A stretch of DNA of 64,000 nt from an uncultured Bacteroidales bacterium (GTDB lineage: Bacteria; Bacteroidota; Bacteroidia; Bacteroidales; JAGOPY01), in contig CAVPBC010000002.1 in the NCBI GenBank assembly GCA_963701785.1, forward strand, positions 2,484,458 through 2,548,457, read 5' to 3'. A program made the position numbers and the translations under genes. The stretch's first letter is position 1, and each line of letters starts with the position of its first letter. The notes under the pieces were generated by a model. That model saw nothing but the letters and a program-made list of their open reading frames with translations, made no database searches and was not told the DNA's origin. This document shows, in pieces, positions 18,366-28,831 of this stretch.

Positions 18366-20559
18366 ATGAGCAATTTTAGATTCAAAGCGATTGAAATTTC
18401 TTTATCCCGGTCCTTTGATAAAAAACCGCTTTCATCCGGGAAAAAAATATCTGAATATTTTGGTGAAATGACATTTGGGATCAGCGTCATGCGCGAATAC
18501 CTTTCCAAGGAAGCGTTTAAAGGGGTTATGAATGCCATGGAAAGCGGTGAAAAGATCGACCGCAGGGTAGCTGACCAGGTGGCGGCTTCGATGAAAACCT
18601 GGGCTATCAGCAAAGGCGCCACGCATTATACGCACTGGTTCCATCCGCTGACCGGCGCAACTGCAGAAAAACACGATGCATTCATTGTTCCGGTCGATGA
18701 CGGAAAAGCTATTGAGAATTTTAACGGTGACCAGCTTGTGCAGGCTGAACCCGATGCTTCGAGCTTCCCGAGCGGCGGGATCCGTAATACTTTTGAAGCC
18801 CGCGGATATACGGCCTGGGATCCTACTTCGCCCGCTTTCATCCTGGATGGGACCCTTTGTATTCCAACGATATTTGTGTCTTATACCGGCGAAGCGCTTG
18901 ATTACAAGACACCTTTGCTCAAAGCGTTGCATGCCCTTGATAAAGCTGCCGTGGATGTCTGCCAGTATTTCGACAAGGATGTGACAAAAGTCATCGCAAC
19001 ATTGGGATGGGAACAGGAGTATTTCCTGATTGATTCAGCTCTTTTTGCTGCCAGGCCTGACCTTGTGCTCACCGGCCGCACCCTGTTCGGGCATCCTTCT
19101 GCAAAAGACCAGCAGCTTTCTGACCATTATTTCGGCAGCATCCATGAAAGGGTTGCCAATTATATGCGTGATGTGGAATATGAATCGCACCGCCTGGGAA
19201 TACCTCTGAAGACCCGTCACAATGAAGTGGCACCCAACCAGTATGAGTGCGCTCCCATTTTCGAAGAAGCCAATCTTGCGGTTGATCATAACCAGCTTTT
19301 GATGCACCTGCTGAAAAAAGTGGCCAACCACCATAATTTTACGGTGCTGTTTGCATGAAAAACCTTTCGCAAGCGTAAATGGTTCCGGAAAGCACAACAA
19401 CTGGTCGATGAGCACCAACACCGGCGTTAACCTTTTATCTCCCGGTAAAACAGCCAGAACTAACCTGCAGTTCATTGTTTTCATCGTCAATGTCCTGAAA
19501 GCTGTTTATGAACATGCCGATCTGCTGCGTGCCGGCATTTCATCTGCAGAAAATGACAACCGCCTGGGCGGTCATGAAGCTCCGCCATCGATTATTTCGG
19601 CCTTTATCGGTTCTCACCTTACCAAAATTTTAGATGAAATAGAAATTAAGGTAAAGAAAGGTCAGCTGACCAACTCATTGCAGGAAGAACTGAATGTCAA
19701 TATCTCCAAAATACCTGAAATCCTTCGTGATAATACCGACAGGAACAGGACATCACCATTTGCTTTTACCGGCAATAAGTTCGAATTCCGTGCCGTCGGT
19801 TCCTCCGATACCTGTGCCAGGGCGATGATCATCCTCAATACGATCATGGCTGACCAGCTGAAGAAATTCAAAAAGGATGTCGACAGCCTGATCGCCGGTA
19901 AAGTCAAGAAAGATGAAGCCATCTTCCAGGTTTTAAAGCGGTATATTACAGAATCGAAAAATATCCGTTTCGAAGGAAACAGCTATAGTGAAGAATGGAT
20001 TAAGGAGGCTGAAAGGAGAGGGCTGACAACTGCAAAATCAACCCCGAGAGCTATCAAAAACTACATTTCCGGCAAAACGATCAAGCTATTCCTGAATCAT
20101 AGCGTATTTACAGAGAGGGAACTGCAGGCCAGGTATGAAATCAAACTTGAAGCTTTTGCCCGCAAGCTGCAGATAGAATCCCGTATGTTAGGTGACCTGG
20201 CTAAAAATCACCTGATACCAACCGCCATCCGCTATCAGAATACCCTGATTGAAAATGCCATGGGGCTAAAGGAGGTGCTTGATGCCAAAACATATGTTAA
20301 ACTATCTAAAAACCAGGTTGATACGATAAAGGAAATTTCGGAACATATCAGCCAGGTGAAAATAAATGTCGATTTGATGCTACAGGAGAGGAAAAAGGCC
20401 AACAGGCTGGAATCCATCGAAGAAATGGCGATTGCTTACGATGAACAGGTTAAGCCATATTTTGATGTGATCAGATATCACATAGATAAGCTGGAATTGC
20501 TCGTGGATGATGACCTGTGGCCCCTGCCAAAATACCGCGAGATCATGTTCCTGAAATAA
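18366..20559 (+). CDS. glnN: Glutamine synthetase type III, one frame break near 19348
   Basis: About 730 aa total; [30 protein letters not shown] and [17 protein letters not shown] are GSIII signatures. An extra base at ctgtttGcatgaaaaa splits the ORF. Confidence 0.9.
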
Positions 20560-20577
20560 AAATTCTGATTCGGACGT

Positions 20578-21742
20578 ATGAAAACCAGACTGATTAATCG
20601 CCCGGGCATTGCTGCCATCACCATCATCCTGTCATTGCTGATAAATTCTGAACTGTTTGCCCAGCTTAGGGTGACAAGGGTGTCGGCGCCAGAGATGCTG
20701 ACGGGTAAAAACGGTATCGTTTATTCTTTGCCCCGCACGCTGGTGCATGTTGACCTGTGGATCGGTAAAACCCAGCAATTTGCCGGGCCACTGGCAGAAT
20801 TTGCCGATGAGTTTATGGGCCTGGATGATGTGATTACTAAAAACTCTGTGAATTATTCCATCAATAACGCTTGCATCCGGACATCCGTGGAAACGGACCC
20901 CGGGCAGGTTTACCTGATCGAAAAAGAGGAGAAATCGCAGGGAGAGATCTGGATTTCCTTCGGGAAAACTGCACCTGTCCTTAGCATTGAAAAATTCGAT
21001 AATACAGTCAGCCCTAAAGGTTTTGCAGACTGGGATGAAGATCTGTACATGGTTCAGGAACCAGGGCATTTGTTCAGGAAATACTCTGAATCGGCGGCCA
21101 GGGATGTCATCGATACGATCATCAGAAAAGTCAGTATCGATACGTTGGTGATTGAAGAAAAGATATTAAAACACACCCTGGTGGAATATACCGACCGGGA
21201 GAAAGCCCGCGAAGCTGCCGCGCGGATCAGGCAAATAGAACAGGATAAATATAATCTGATGATAGGATACCAGGAAACCGCCTATTCGCTTGAAGCCCTC
21301 GATTTTATGTATAACAGGCTGGAAGAGCAAAGGCTTGAATACCTGAAATTATTCACAGGCGTGAGTGTTACGGAGACATTAAAATTTGATTATCATTTTT
21401 ATCCTGAAATCAGGAAAGAAGAATCAGGAATATACCCTGGCCGGATTTTCAAAGAATGCAGGGATGACCGAACCCGGGGATGAAAATGCTGTTATGGTTA
21501 AAATCCTGGCAGAAATCCCGGATACAATTCCTGGCCCGCCTGCTGATGTCCAGGCCGCAACCGGGCTTGTATACCGCCTCCCGGTATCAGCGCTGGCTGT
21601 GTTATCTTACCAGGAAACGGAAATCGTTTCAAAACCTGTTGAAGTTTTGCAGTTTGGCATGTTGCTGACATTACCGGCTGAATTCAAGCGTGTGGAATTC
21701 GACCTGGAAACAGGCACTTTGAAAACTGTTATCTTAGAATAG
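20578..21742 (+). CDS. Secreted hypothetical protein (possibly DUF4831-like), one frame break near 21433
   Basis: Signal MKTRLINRPGIAAITIILSLLINSELFAQ; ORFs 20578..21483 and 21386..21742 are colinear. Family name is only a weak recollection. Confidence 0.4.
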
Positions 21743-21748
21743 CCAGAT

Positions 21749-22912
21749 TTATTTGACCAGCGGCTGGGCAAACCTGGTTACGTCTGTCGCCGTTATTTGC
21801 CCGTCACAGAGTATGGTGAGCCGTTCCACTACGTTTCGGAGCTCGCGGATGTTTCCGGTCCATTTCATGCTTTTAAGTTCCTCAAAGGCACTATCGTCGA
21901 AGAACATCAATGGCTTTCCCTGTTCGGCGCAGATTTCCTCCATAAAATAATTGGCCAGCAGCGGGATATCTTCCTTTCTTTCGTGGAGGGGCGGAACATG
22001 GATAATAATGACGCTCAGGCGGTGGTAGAGGTCTTCCCTGAACCGGCCGGCAGCGATTTCTTCCGTAAGGTTTTTATTGGTGGCGGCGATCACACGGACA
22101 TCCACCGGGATATCTTTTTCGCCCCCAACACGCATGATCTTGTTTTCCTGCAGTGCCCTGAGTACCTTGGCCTGGGCTGAAAGGCTCATATCGCCGATCT
22201 CGTCGAGGAACAGGGTGCCCCCGGTTGCCAGTTCAAAGTCACCTTTTCTTTGTTTTATCGCCGATGTGAATGATCCTTTCTCATGCCCGAAAAGGTTGCT
22301 TTCGATCAGTTCTGAAGGGATGGCAGCGCAATTAACCTCAATGAACGGCCCTTTGGAACGCTGGCTTTTTTCGTGCAATTGATGGGCAACCAGCTCTTTG
22401 CCGGTTCCGTTGTCCCCGGTGATCAGAACCCGGGCGTTGGTTGGCGCAACCCGGTCGATGATATCCAGGATGCCTTTCATGGCTTCGGTTTCGCCAATGA
22501 TCTCATATCTTTTACTGACCCTTTTCTTAAGGAATTTGGTTTCGGTAAGCAGCCGTGATTTATCAAGCGCATTGCGGATCGTAACGAGCAGCCGGTTAAG
22601 GTCGAGCGGTTTGGCTATATAGTCGAAAGCGCCTTTTTTAATGGCTTCTACGGCGGTTTCGATGGTGCCGTGACCGGAGATCATGATCACCGGGGTATCG
22701 TATTCTGCAAGGATATGGTCCAGCACTTCAAGCCCGTCCATCTGCGGCATTTTTATATCGAGCAGGATAACGTCGAATTCGGCCAGTTTCAACATTTCAA
22801 GCGCCGTCATACCCGAATCCGCATCGCTGACCTCATATTTCTCATAGCCCAGGATATCCCTCAGGGTGTTCCGAATGCTTTTTTCGTCATCGACTACAAG
22901 GATTTTTGACAT
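21749..22912 (-). CDS. Sigma-54-dependent response regulator (REC + AAA+), no C-terminal HTH
   Basis: REC: ILVVDDEKSIRN...DVILLDIKMPQMDG. AAA+: VLITGDNGTGKE, GHEKGSFTSA (variant GAFTGA loop), LFLDEIGDM, WTGNIRELRNVVER. The protein ends 25 aa later. Confidence 0.85.
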   Translation of the reverse strand: MSKILVVDDEKSIRNTLRDILGYEKYEVSDADSGMTALEMLKLAEFDVILLDIKMPQMDGLEVLDHILAEYDTPVIMISGHGTIETAVEAIKKGAFDYIAKPLDLNRLLVTIRNALDKSRLLTETKFLKKRVSKRYEIIGETEAMKGILDIIDRVAPTNARVLITGDNGTGKELVAHQLHEKSQRSKGPFIEVNCAAIPSELIESNLFGHEKGSFTSAIKQRKGDFELATGGTLFLDEIGDMSLSAQAKVLRALQENKIMRVGGEKDIPVDVRVIAATNKNLTEEIAAGRFREDLYHRLSVIIIHVPPLHERKEDIPLLANYFMEEICAEQGKPLMFFDDSAFEELKSMKWTGNIRELRNVVERLTILCDGQITATDVTRFAQPLVK

Positions 22913-23132
22913 GGGAGACAGATTAGATATATTGGCAAAGTTAAGGATTTACAATTTAAGGATTACGGCTTGGATCAGGGAATTAGTTTTGGGATTGTCA
23001 TGACTATAAACAGGTAGAATGGATATAAATTGCTTGATTGCATGGTAAATTTGAAAATATGCATTACAGGATTAGTTTAAAAGCTATAAATTTAACATGC
23101 TCAATACAAACGATCTGTAAAAATCACCTACC

Positions 23133-23576
23133 ATGAAATGTTATAAAATTGCATCAATTTTGTGTGTTGTTATTTTAATATTTTCATGTAAGAACAACGC
23201 AGATAATGAGAATGGAGTAAATAATTTAAAAGGCAGTAAATGGATTTTGATAGGCTTTCAGCCACATGATACCCAAGTAGAAGAATTCAAACCTGAAAGC
23301 TTAAGGGAAATGAATATCGAGTTTACTAATGAAAATACAGTTCATGCGATAAGTTCGTGTAATACATTTGATGGTTATTATTCAATTTTGGACCCGGATA
23401 CATTACAGATTTATAGTCTGTACACAACTTTAATAAATTGTGAAAATGACACAATTAGAAATTGGGAAAATAAATATTATAATGAATTAAAAAATGCCGA
23501 GAATTACCAAATTGTTTCAAGTAGTTTAATTATTGAAACGAAATCGAATATTGCTATCATTTTTAAAGCAAATTAA
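23133..23576 (+). CDS. META-domain (HslJ-like) lipoprotein
   Basis: Lipobox VILIFSC; LKGSKWILIGFQ and AISSCNTFDGYY resemble META-domain motifs; visibly AT-rich gene. Confidence 0.55.
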   Translation: MKCYKIASILCVVILIFSCKNNADNENGVNNLKGSKWILIGFQPHDTQVEEFKPESLREMNIEFTNENTVHAISSCNTFDGYYSILDPDTLQIYSLYTTLINCENDTIRNWENKYYNELKNAENYQIVSSSLIIETKSNIAIIFKAN

Positions 23577-23580
23577 ATGA

Positions 23581-23927
23581 TCAACTAAACCTAACGAACA
23601 CGCAGCGCCCAGCCCGGACATTAAATTTAGCTTTCCACGCGGTCGGAAAGACATAATGCCAGGACGCTCTCCGGAGGAGAGCCATATTTATAGCAAGGAC
23701 GGGATAAAAGATAAAAAGCCCCTCCCTTTGATGAGATATCTCGTTGAATATCAGATTCACAGGGAGGGGTTTGGGGAGGGTTAAGCAGTCTCCCTCCCCT
23801 TGATCCCCTCCCATGCCAATTTCAACAGAATAATATATATTATCGTGGGAGGGGAAAATATTTTCTTTATGCCGCCTTTCTACAAATATTTCACTCCTCC
23901 GGAGTTCCGCGAACTGCTGACTACTTA
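23581..23927. repeat. Structured noncoding element: about 30-bp imperfect inverted ends flanking nested GGGAGGGG/CCCCTCCC blocks (MITE-like or structured RNA)
   Basis: 23667-23698 ctctccggaggagagccatatttatagcaagg versus the reverse complement of 23876-23908 (25/30 match by eye). C/G blocks at 23719-27, 23761-80, 23792-812 and 23846-54. Confidence 0.6.
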
Positions 23928-24014
23928 ATGCCACTAACATTCTTCATATTTCATTATACCGCATTCTGCTATTCCTATCATCTTATACCTCGCCCAATCT
24001 TCATACCTTTGTGT

Positions 24015-26305
24015 ATGCTCAGCAGGTTATATATTCTGGCCCTTACTTTTTACGCTTTCATCAGCTATGGACAGGATCATTCCATCAAAGTCTATTCGGA
24101 TAATCGCCTCGAATACGATTTCCCCTGGGCAGGAGGCATGAATTCGTGCCAGTTCGGCAAGGTGGATATGAATTTAGACGGACTGAAAGACCTGGTCGTG
24201 TTTGACAGGGCCGGTGACCGGATCATGCCTTTCCTGGTCGTCCAATCAGGTAGTAATTTCGAATATAAATATGCCCCTGAATTTGCAGAGAATTTCCCTG
24301 TCCTTTCGCACTGGGCGATTTTTGCAGATTACGACCTCGACGGAAAAGAGGATATCTTCACTTATTCACCCGGGTACGCGGGCTGAAAGTATACCGCAAC
24401 ACCTCGGGAAGTACGCTGGAATTCACCCTGGAAGTTTTTCCATTCCTGACTTCTTTCCAGGGTGGGGGATATGTCAATATTCTCGTAACCTATGCCGATT
24501 ACCCCGCCATTACTGACCTCGACGGGGACGGCGATCTTGATATCCTAACTTTCTGGGGACTGGGCTCATTTGTCGAAAAGCACCGGAATATGTCGATGGA
24601 AAAATACGGGCATGCCGATTCACTGGATTTTGAAAAGACGGAATTTTGCTGGGGATATTTTGCTGAGAGCGAAGAATCGAACGATTTGACGCTGGATACC
24701 TGCCTGAGATGTGGGGATGCGGGGAGGCGGGGAAGCGGGGAGGCGTGGATGCGGGGAGACGGGGAGCGCCATACCGGCTCAACTTTTCTGGTACTTGACT
24801 TAAACGATGATAATCTGTCGGACCTTTTGCTTGGAGATGTGGATTATCCCAACCTGGTTGCGCTGTATAACGGGGGAAGTCCGGATACCGCCCGGATGGT
24901 TTCTTATGACTGGCAATATCCGCCTTACGACAAATCCGTTAACCTGTTTTCAATGCCTGCAGCATTCAATGATGATTTTGACTTCGATGGAATTAAAGAC
25001 CTAATGGTCTCACCTTTTGACCCTAATCCTTTCCTGACGGAAAATTTCAGGAGTGTTTGGCTTTACCATAACGACGGGACCAATAGCGCCCCTCTTTTTC
25101 ATACAAAGTCCCTGTCATTTATACAGGACCGGATGATAGACCTGGGAGCCGGTGCATACCCGGTGTTCTATGATATCGACCAGGATGGCCTGGTGGATTT
25201 GTTTGCCGGCAATTATGGCTATTATGACACCTCTTATTTAGATGAGTTTCTTATCCTTCATACCGAGCAAACCGGTAAGCTGGCTTTTTTTAAGAATACC
25301 GGAACACAGGAAACACCTGCCTTTACATTTGCCGAAAGGGATTTCGCCACAGTATCCGCCCTTGATCTCAGGGGAATTGTGCCTGCTTTCGGTGATTTAG
25401 ATGGAGATGGCGATACGGATATGCTTCTTGGATGTGAAACCGGGCAGATAATTTTATACCTGAATTCCGCAGGAACCGGAGAACCTGTAAACCTGGAATT
25501 TAACCAGTCAGATTACCAGGGGATCGATGTTGGAGCATACAGCACTCCGCAGCTTTTTGATCTTGACAGGGACAACCTGGATGACCTGATCATCGGTGAA
25601 AAGGGAGGTAATCTCAATTATTTCCGAAATACCGGGACATTCCAAAAACCTGCATTTACCCTGGTGACAGACAGCCTGGGGAAAGTGAATGTGACCGATC
25701 CTGCCGTTTCGCTTGACGGGTACAGTGTGCCATTCTTTTTCAGGGATGCGGCCGAACATACTCATTTGCTGGTTGGTTCGGAACAGGGAGTTATTTATTA
25801 TTTTACCGGGATTGACGGTAACCTGGCTGGAAAATTCACTGAATCCGACACCCTCGCCGGTCTCATCGGTTTGGAGGAATTCAATGCAGACCGCGGATAC
25901 CGGACGGCCCCGGCTTTATTTGACCTTGATCAGAACGGCCACCCGGATTTAATTGCAGGAAATTTCTCAGGCGGAATGGAATACTTTGCCAGTTCTGAAA
26001 ATCCTCCTGTCGCCGGCCTGGATGACATGGATTTATTAATTCCTGATGTTGTAATTTACCCGGTACCGGCGCCAGGTCAATTTAATATAAGTATGACCGA
26101 TCCGGGTAACTGGCGTATTGCAGGTGTGAAGATCCTGACAATGGATGGCCGGGTAATTCATTCTTATGTTTATGATAAAATGCTTCAATTAGCAATAAAC
26201 ATCAACCTCGTTTCCAAAGGTTTATATGTTTGCCAGGTTCTTTTAAAAGAGATGAATACAATGCAAACCCATTCCTGTCAAAGTAAGTTAGTCCTGGTTT
26301 TTTAA
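24015..26305 (+). CDS. FG-GAP/VCBS-repeat protein with T9SS C-terminal sorting domain, one frame break near 24380
   Basis: Signal MLSRLYILALTFYAFISYGQ; repeated Ca-binding DxDxDG loops (DLDGDGDLD, DIDQDGLVD, DLDGDGDTD, DLDRDNLDD, DLDQNGHPD); C-terminus VIYPVPAPGQFNISM...LYVCQVLLKE is CTD-like. Confidence 0.75.
24708..24770. repeat. G-rich octamer array (GAKGCGGG x about 7) inside the FG-GAP CDS; six GGGG tracts
   Basis: gatgtggg gatgcggg gaggcggg gaagcggg gaggcgtg gatgcggg gagacggg gagcgcc; encodes CGDAGRRGSGEAWMRGDGER. Confidence 0.85.
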
Positions 26306-26339
26306 CATTTTTTTGGCAGTTTTATCGATCAATTTGGTG

Positions 26340-26347
26340 TACTTTTG
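26340..26347 (+). promoter_or_regulatory. -7 box TACTTTTG upstream of the beta-helix gene
   Basis: Matches TAnnTTTG; 59 nt upstream of the GTG at 26407. Confidence 0.4.
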
Positions 26348-26406
26348 CCATCCATTATCGATTGTTTTACCGTTTTTACCTTTTTAACCTTAATAAACCC
26401 AGCGCT

Positions 26407-28704
26407 GTGAAAAAATCACATAACATAATTATAACTATTACTTTAATTTTTTTCTCCTTTTGGTCATTTGCTCAAACTGTATCTCTTCCTGACAGGACTG
26501 CTTTCAAGTGTGAATCGATGAACTTCCCTGTTGTTGCGGCAGGATTTCCTACTAATATGGCCGCCGTTACCATTTTCATCAGTATTGATCCATCTTTACT
26601 TACTTATACAGGGTATACACCCGGACTCATTCCCGCAGCTGTTAATTACGACCCTGTAAGTCAAATGGTAGGTATTGTTTGGACGAGCACAAATCCAACA
26701 AATATAAACGGGACCCTGGTTACTCTTAATTTTACCTACAAGGGTGGGAATTCAGATCTTGTTTTTGAACCCGGATGTGATTTTCAAACTATTTTGTTTC
26801 AGCAGGTCATCCCGGCTTATGATGATGGGAGTGCCGGGCCCCTGGCCAGCATCGCATACCATGTGGATGGTGCCGTTGTATCATCGGGGAATGGGCTCTC
26901 ATGGGCCACTCCGTTTAAAACCATCGGAGAAGCTACCTCGATGACCCTGAAAGCCGGCGATTCAGTGCTTGTCAAGCCCGGAACCTACGCTGAGACTGTA
27001 AATATCAGGAGCAATGGGAAAGAAATCGTCCCGGTTAAGTATAACGTTTCAGTTTCAGATACCAATAAAATTACTTTTCCAACCGGAACCGACCTGGGTT
27101 GTATTGACCTGAACGACCATGCAGGGCAATTTTATGCTTATGTTTACCGGAGCTGGAATTGCAATAATGGTGTTTATAAAATATTGCTGGTTAATACCGA
27201 ACAACGGTTTGTGATTGTTGAAAATGCAGCATTTAAGCCGGAATCGGGAGCAGCAAGCGACACTTCGCTTTTGCAGGCCTCCATTGGTCAACCGGTGTTT
27301 TATCTGAAATACACCACAGCTCCTGAAACACAACGGGTTATAGTCAAAGCAGCCAGCGTTCCAACCGTTAACAAATCCGTATGTTACATTGGAACCCCTT
27401 CAGTCAGCGGGGATGATGTTACTATTCCAGCCAATTATAATATTGTGGATGGATGGGATTTGACTGCCAACACTGGCTTAACCGGATTATCGGGATTGAG
27501 ATTAGTGGGCTCAAAATTTAACGTCTATCGCAATTCAAGGATTTATGAGCTTGATAGTATGGCAGTGTTCCTCATGGGAAATTCAACCACTTCGCATCCA
27601 TGTAATTACAATATGATCCTTGACAATAAAGTTTATAATACAAAAGCAAGGGGATTGAAAATAGGAATTCATAATGGAACCGGAACTACCAACGCGGTGC
27701 AGTTCACACTTTTTAAGGGAAATGAAATGTATTCTTCAGGAACCGGAGCTAATATCAATTTTCAGAATGCGGTGGATATCCATAAGAATACTTCTTTCAC
27801 TGTTATAGAAAAGAATACGATAAGAAATTTCAATCTGAAAACAGCGGGGAAAGGAGCTGTTGAAATCTGGGATTATGCAAGAAAGAGCCTGGTTTACGGT
27901 AATTTTTTAAAGAATATCGGCAAACTCACAAGCGGCACCAATTCCTTGATTTATGTCAGGAATAATAATAATAATATCAATGTTTACAATAATGTGTTAA
28001 GGGATTCACTGGTGCAAAATACCGACATTTTTGCATTCCGGTTGAATGGAAATTACTCTGTTTCAAACAGGGTTGTTTTTAATACAATTTACAACATTGA
28101 TAACGGGATCCTTTTTGAAGACACGGGACTACCGGCAACAGTAGATTTCAAACTCCAGGATAACATCATTTACATTAATTCCGGAATCGGCGGTGTTTAT
28201 TTTACGCATGCCGGGGGGACAACAGGCCGCTTTACGGTTTCATACAACTGCTATCCGACAACACCTACATTAATCGGTCAGCCTTACCATCTTGAACCGG
28301 GCAGGCAGGTTGGTGACCCGTTATTTTTAAATCCTTCTTTTTCCCTCAGTGCTGCAGGACTGAGTCTCCTGCCCGGATCGATCTGTATAAACAATGGCAC
28401 AACTGTGTCAGGCATTGCGAATGATTACCTCAACCGGGCCAGAAGTACAACAACTCCTGCAATTGGGGCTTTTGAAGGACAGATTGTGGCTTGTGCCTGG
28501 ACAGGGGCTGCTGGCCAGGGCTGGCACAATTATAAAAACTGGGATATTTTATATGTGCCCACTGAAGCTATGTCTGCATTGGTCCCTGACAGAGCTAATG
28601 ATCCCCTGGTTTCGACCGGCAATGCAGTATGTAAATCATTGCAGCTTCAACCGGGCGCCCAGCTCAGGATGCGATCTCCGAGGACTCTTACTGTATCTGA
28701 ATAA
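26407..28704 (+). CDS. Secreted protein: N-terminal cohesin/Ig-like region + right-handed parallel beta-helix region
   Basis: Signal (V)KKSHNIIITITLIFFSFWSFAQ (GTG start assumed). The central and C-terminal region is paralogous to residues about 570-1175 of the next gene (WATPFKTIGEATS...VKPGTYAETVNIRSNGKEIVPVK versus WHSAYRTISEVTE...IKPGTYQEDLIITSNGQEIVPLK). Confidence 0.6.
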   Translation: MKKSHNIIITITLIFFSFWSFAQTVSLPDRTAFKCESMNFPVVAAGFPTNMAAVTIFISIDPSLLTYTGYTPGLIPAAVNYDPVSQMVGIVWTSTNPTNINGTLVTLNFTYKGGNSDLVFEPGCDFQTILFQQVIPAYDDGSAGPLASIAYHVDGAVVSSGNGLSWATPFKTIGEATSMTLKAGDSVLVKPGTYAETVNIRSNGKEIVPVKYNVSVSDTNKITFPTGTDLGCIDLNDHAGQFYAYVYRSWNCNNGVYKILLVNTEQRFVIVENAAFKPESGAASDTSLLQASIGQPVFYLKYTTAPETQRVIVKAASVPTVNKSVCYIGTPSVSGDDVTIPANYNIVDGWDLTANTGLTGLSGLRLVGSKFNVYRNSRIYELDSMAVFLMGNSTTSHPCNYNMILDNKVYNTKARGLKIGIHNGTGTTNAVQFTLFKGNEMYSSGTGANINFQNAVDIHKNTSFTVIEKNTIRNFNLKTAGKGAVEIWDYARKSLVYGNFLKNIGKLTSGTNSLIYVRNNNNNINVYNNVLRDSLVQNTDIFAFRLNGNYSVSNRVVFNTIYNIDNGILFEDTGLPATVDFKLQDNIIYINSGIGGVYFTHAGGTTGRFTVSYNCYPTTPTLIGQPYHLEPGRQVGDPLFLNPSFSLSAAGLSLLPGSICINNGTTVSGIANDYLNRARSTTTPAIGAFEGQIVACAWTGAAGQGWHNYKNWDILYVPTEAMSALVPDRANDPLVSTGNAVCKSLQLQPGAQLRMRSPRTLTVSE

Positions 28705-28831
28705 AATATCAAGCGGGACAGGTTCATTCTTTTCTATAAAACCTCTTTTTACGGACATTAGGTTGTAATTTTTAAGATTTATATTACTATCTATATCTTT
28801 ATATGATTAAAGGCATCATATATTTAATTAC

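Noticed and set aside
18432-18932. 166-aa minus-strand ORF (and similar ones at 19035..19490 and 20632..21069)
   Set aside because: It is antisense to glnN and the downstream secreted-protein gene, and has no independent support.
22913-23580. AT-rich META-domain gene region as a horizontally acquired islet
   Set aside because: This is based only on an impression of lower GC. I did not compute composition and there are no mobility genes. The adjacent structured element is reported separately.
23581-23940. 119-aa minus-strand ORF as a protein-coding gene
   Set aside because: It spans the inverted-repeat/G-C block element. The peptide is low-complexity and mirrors the DNA palindromes, so it is more likely noncoding.
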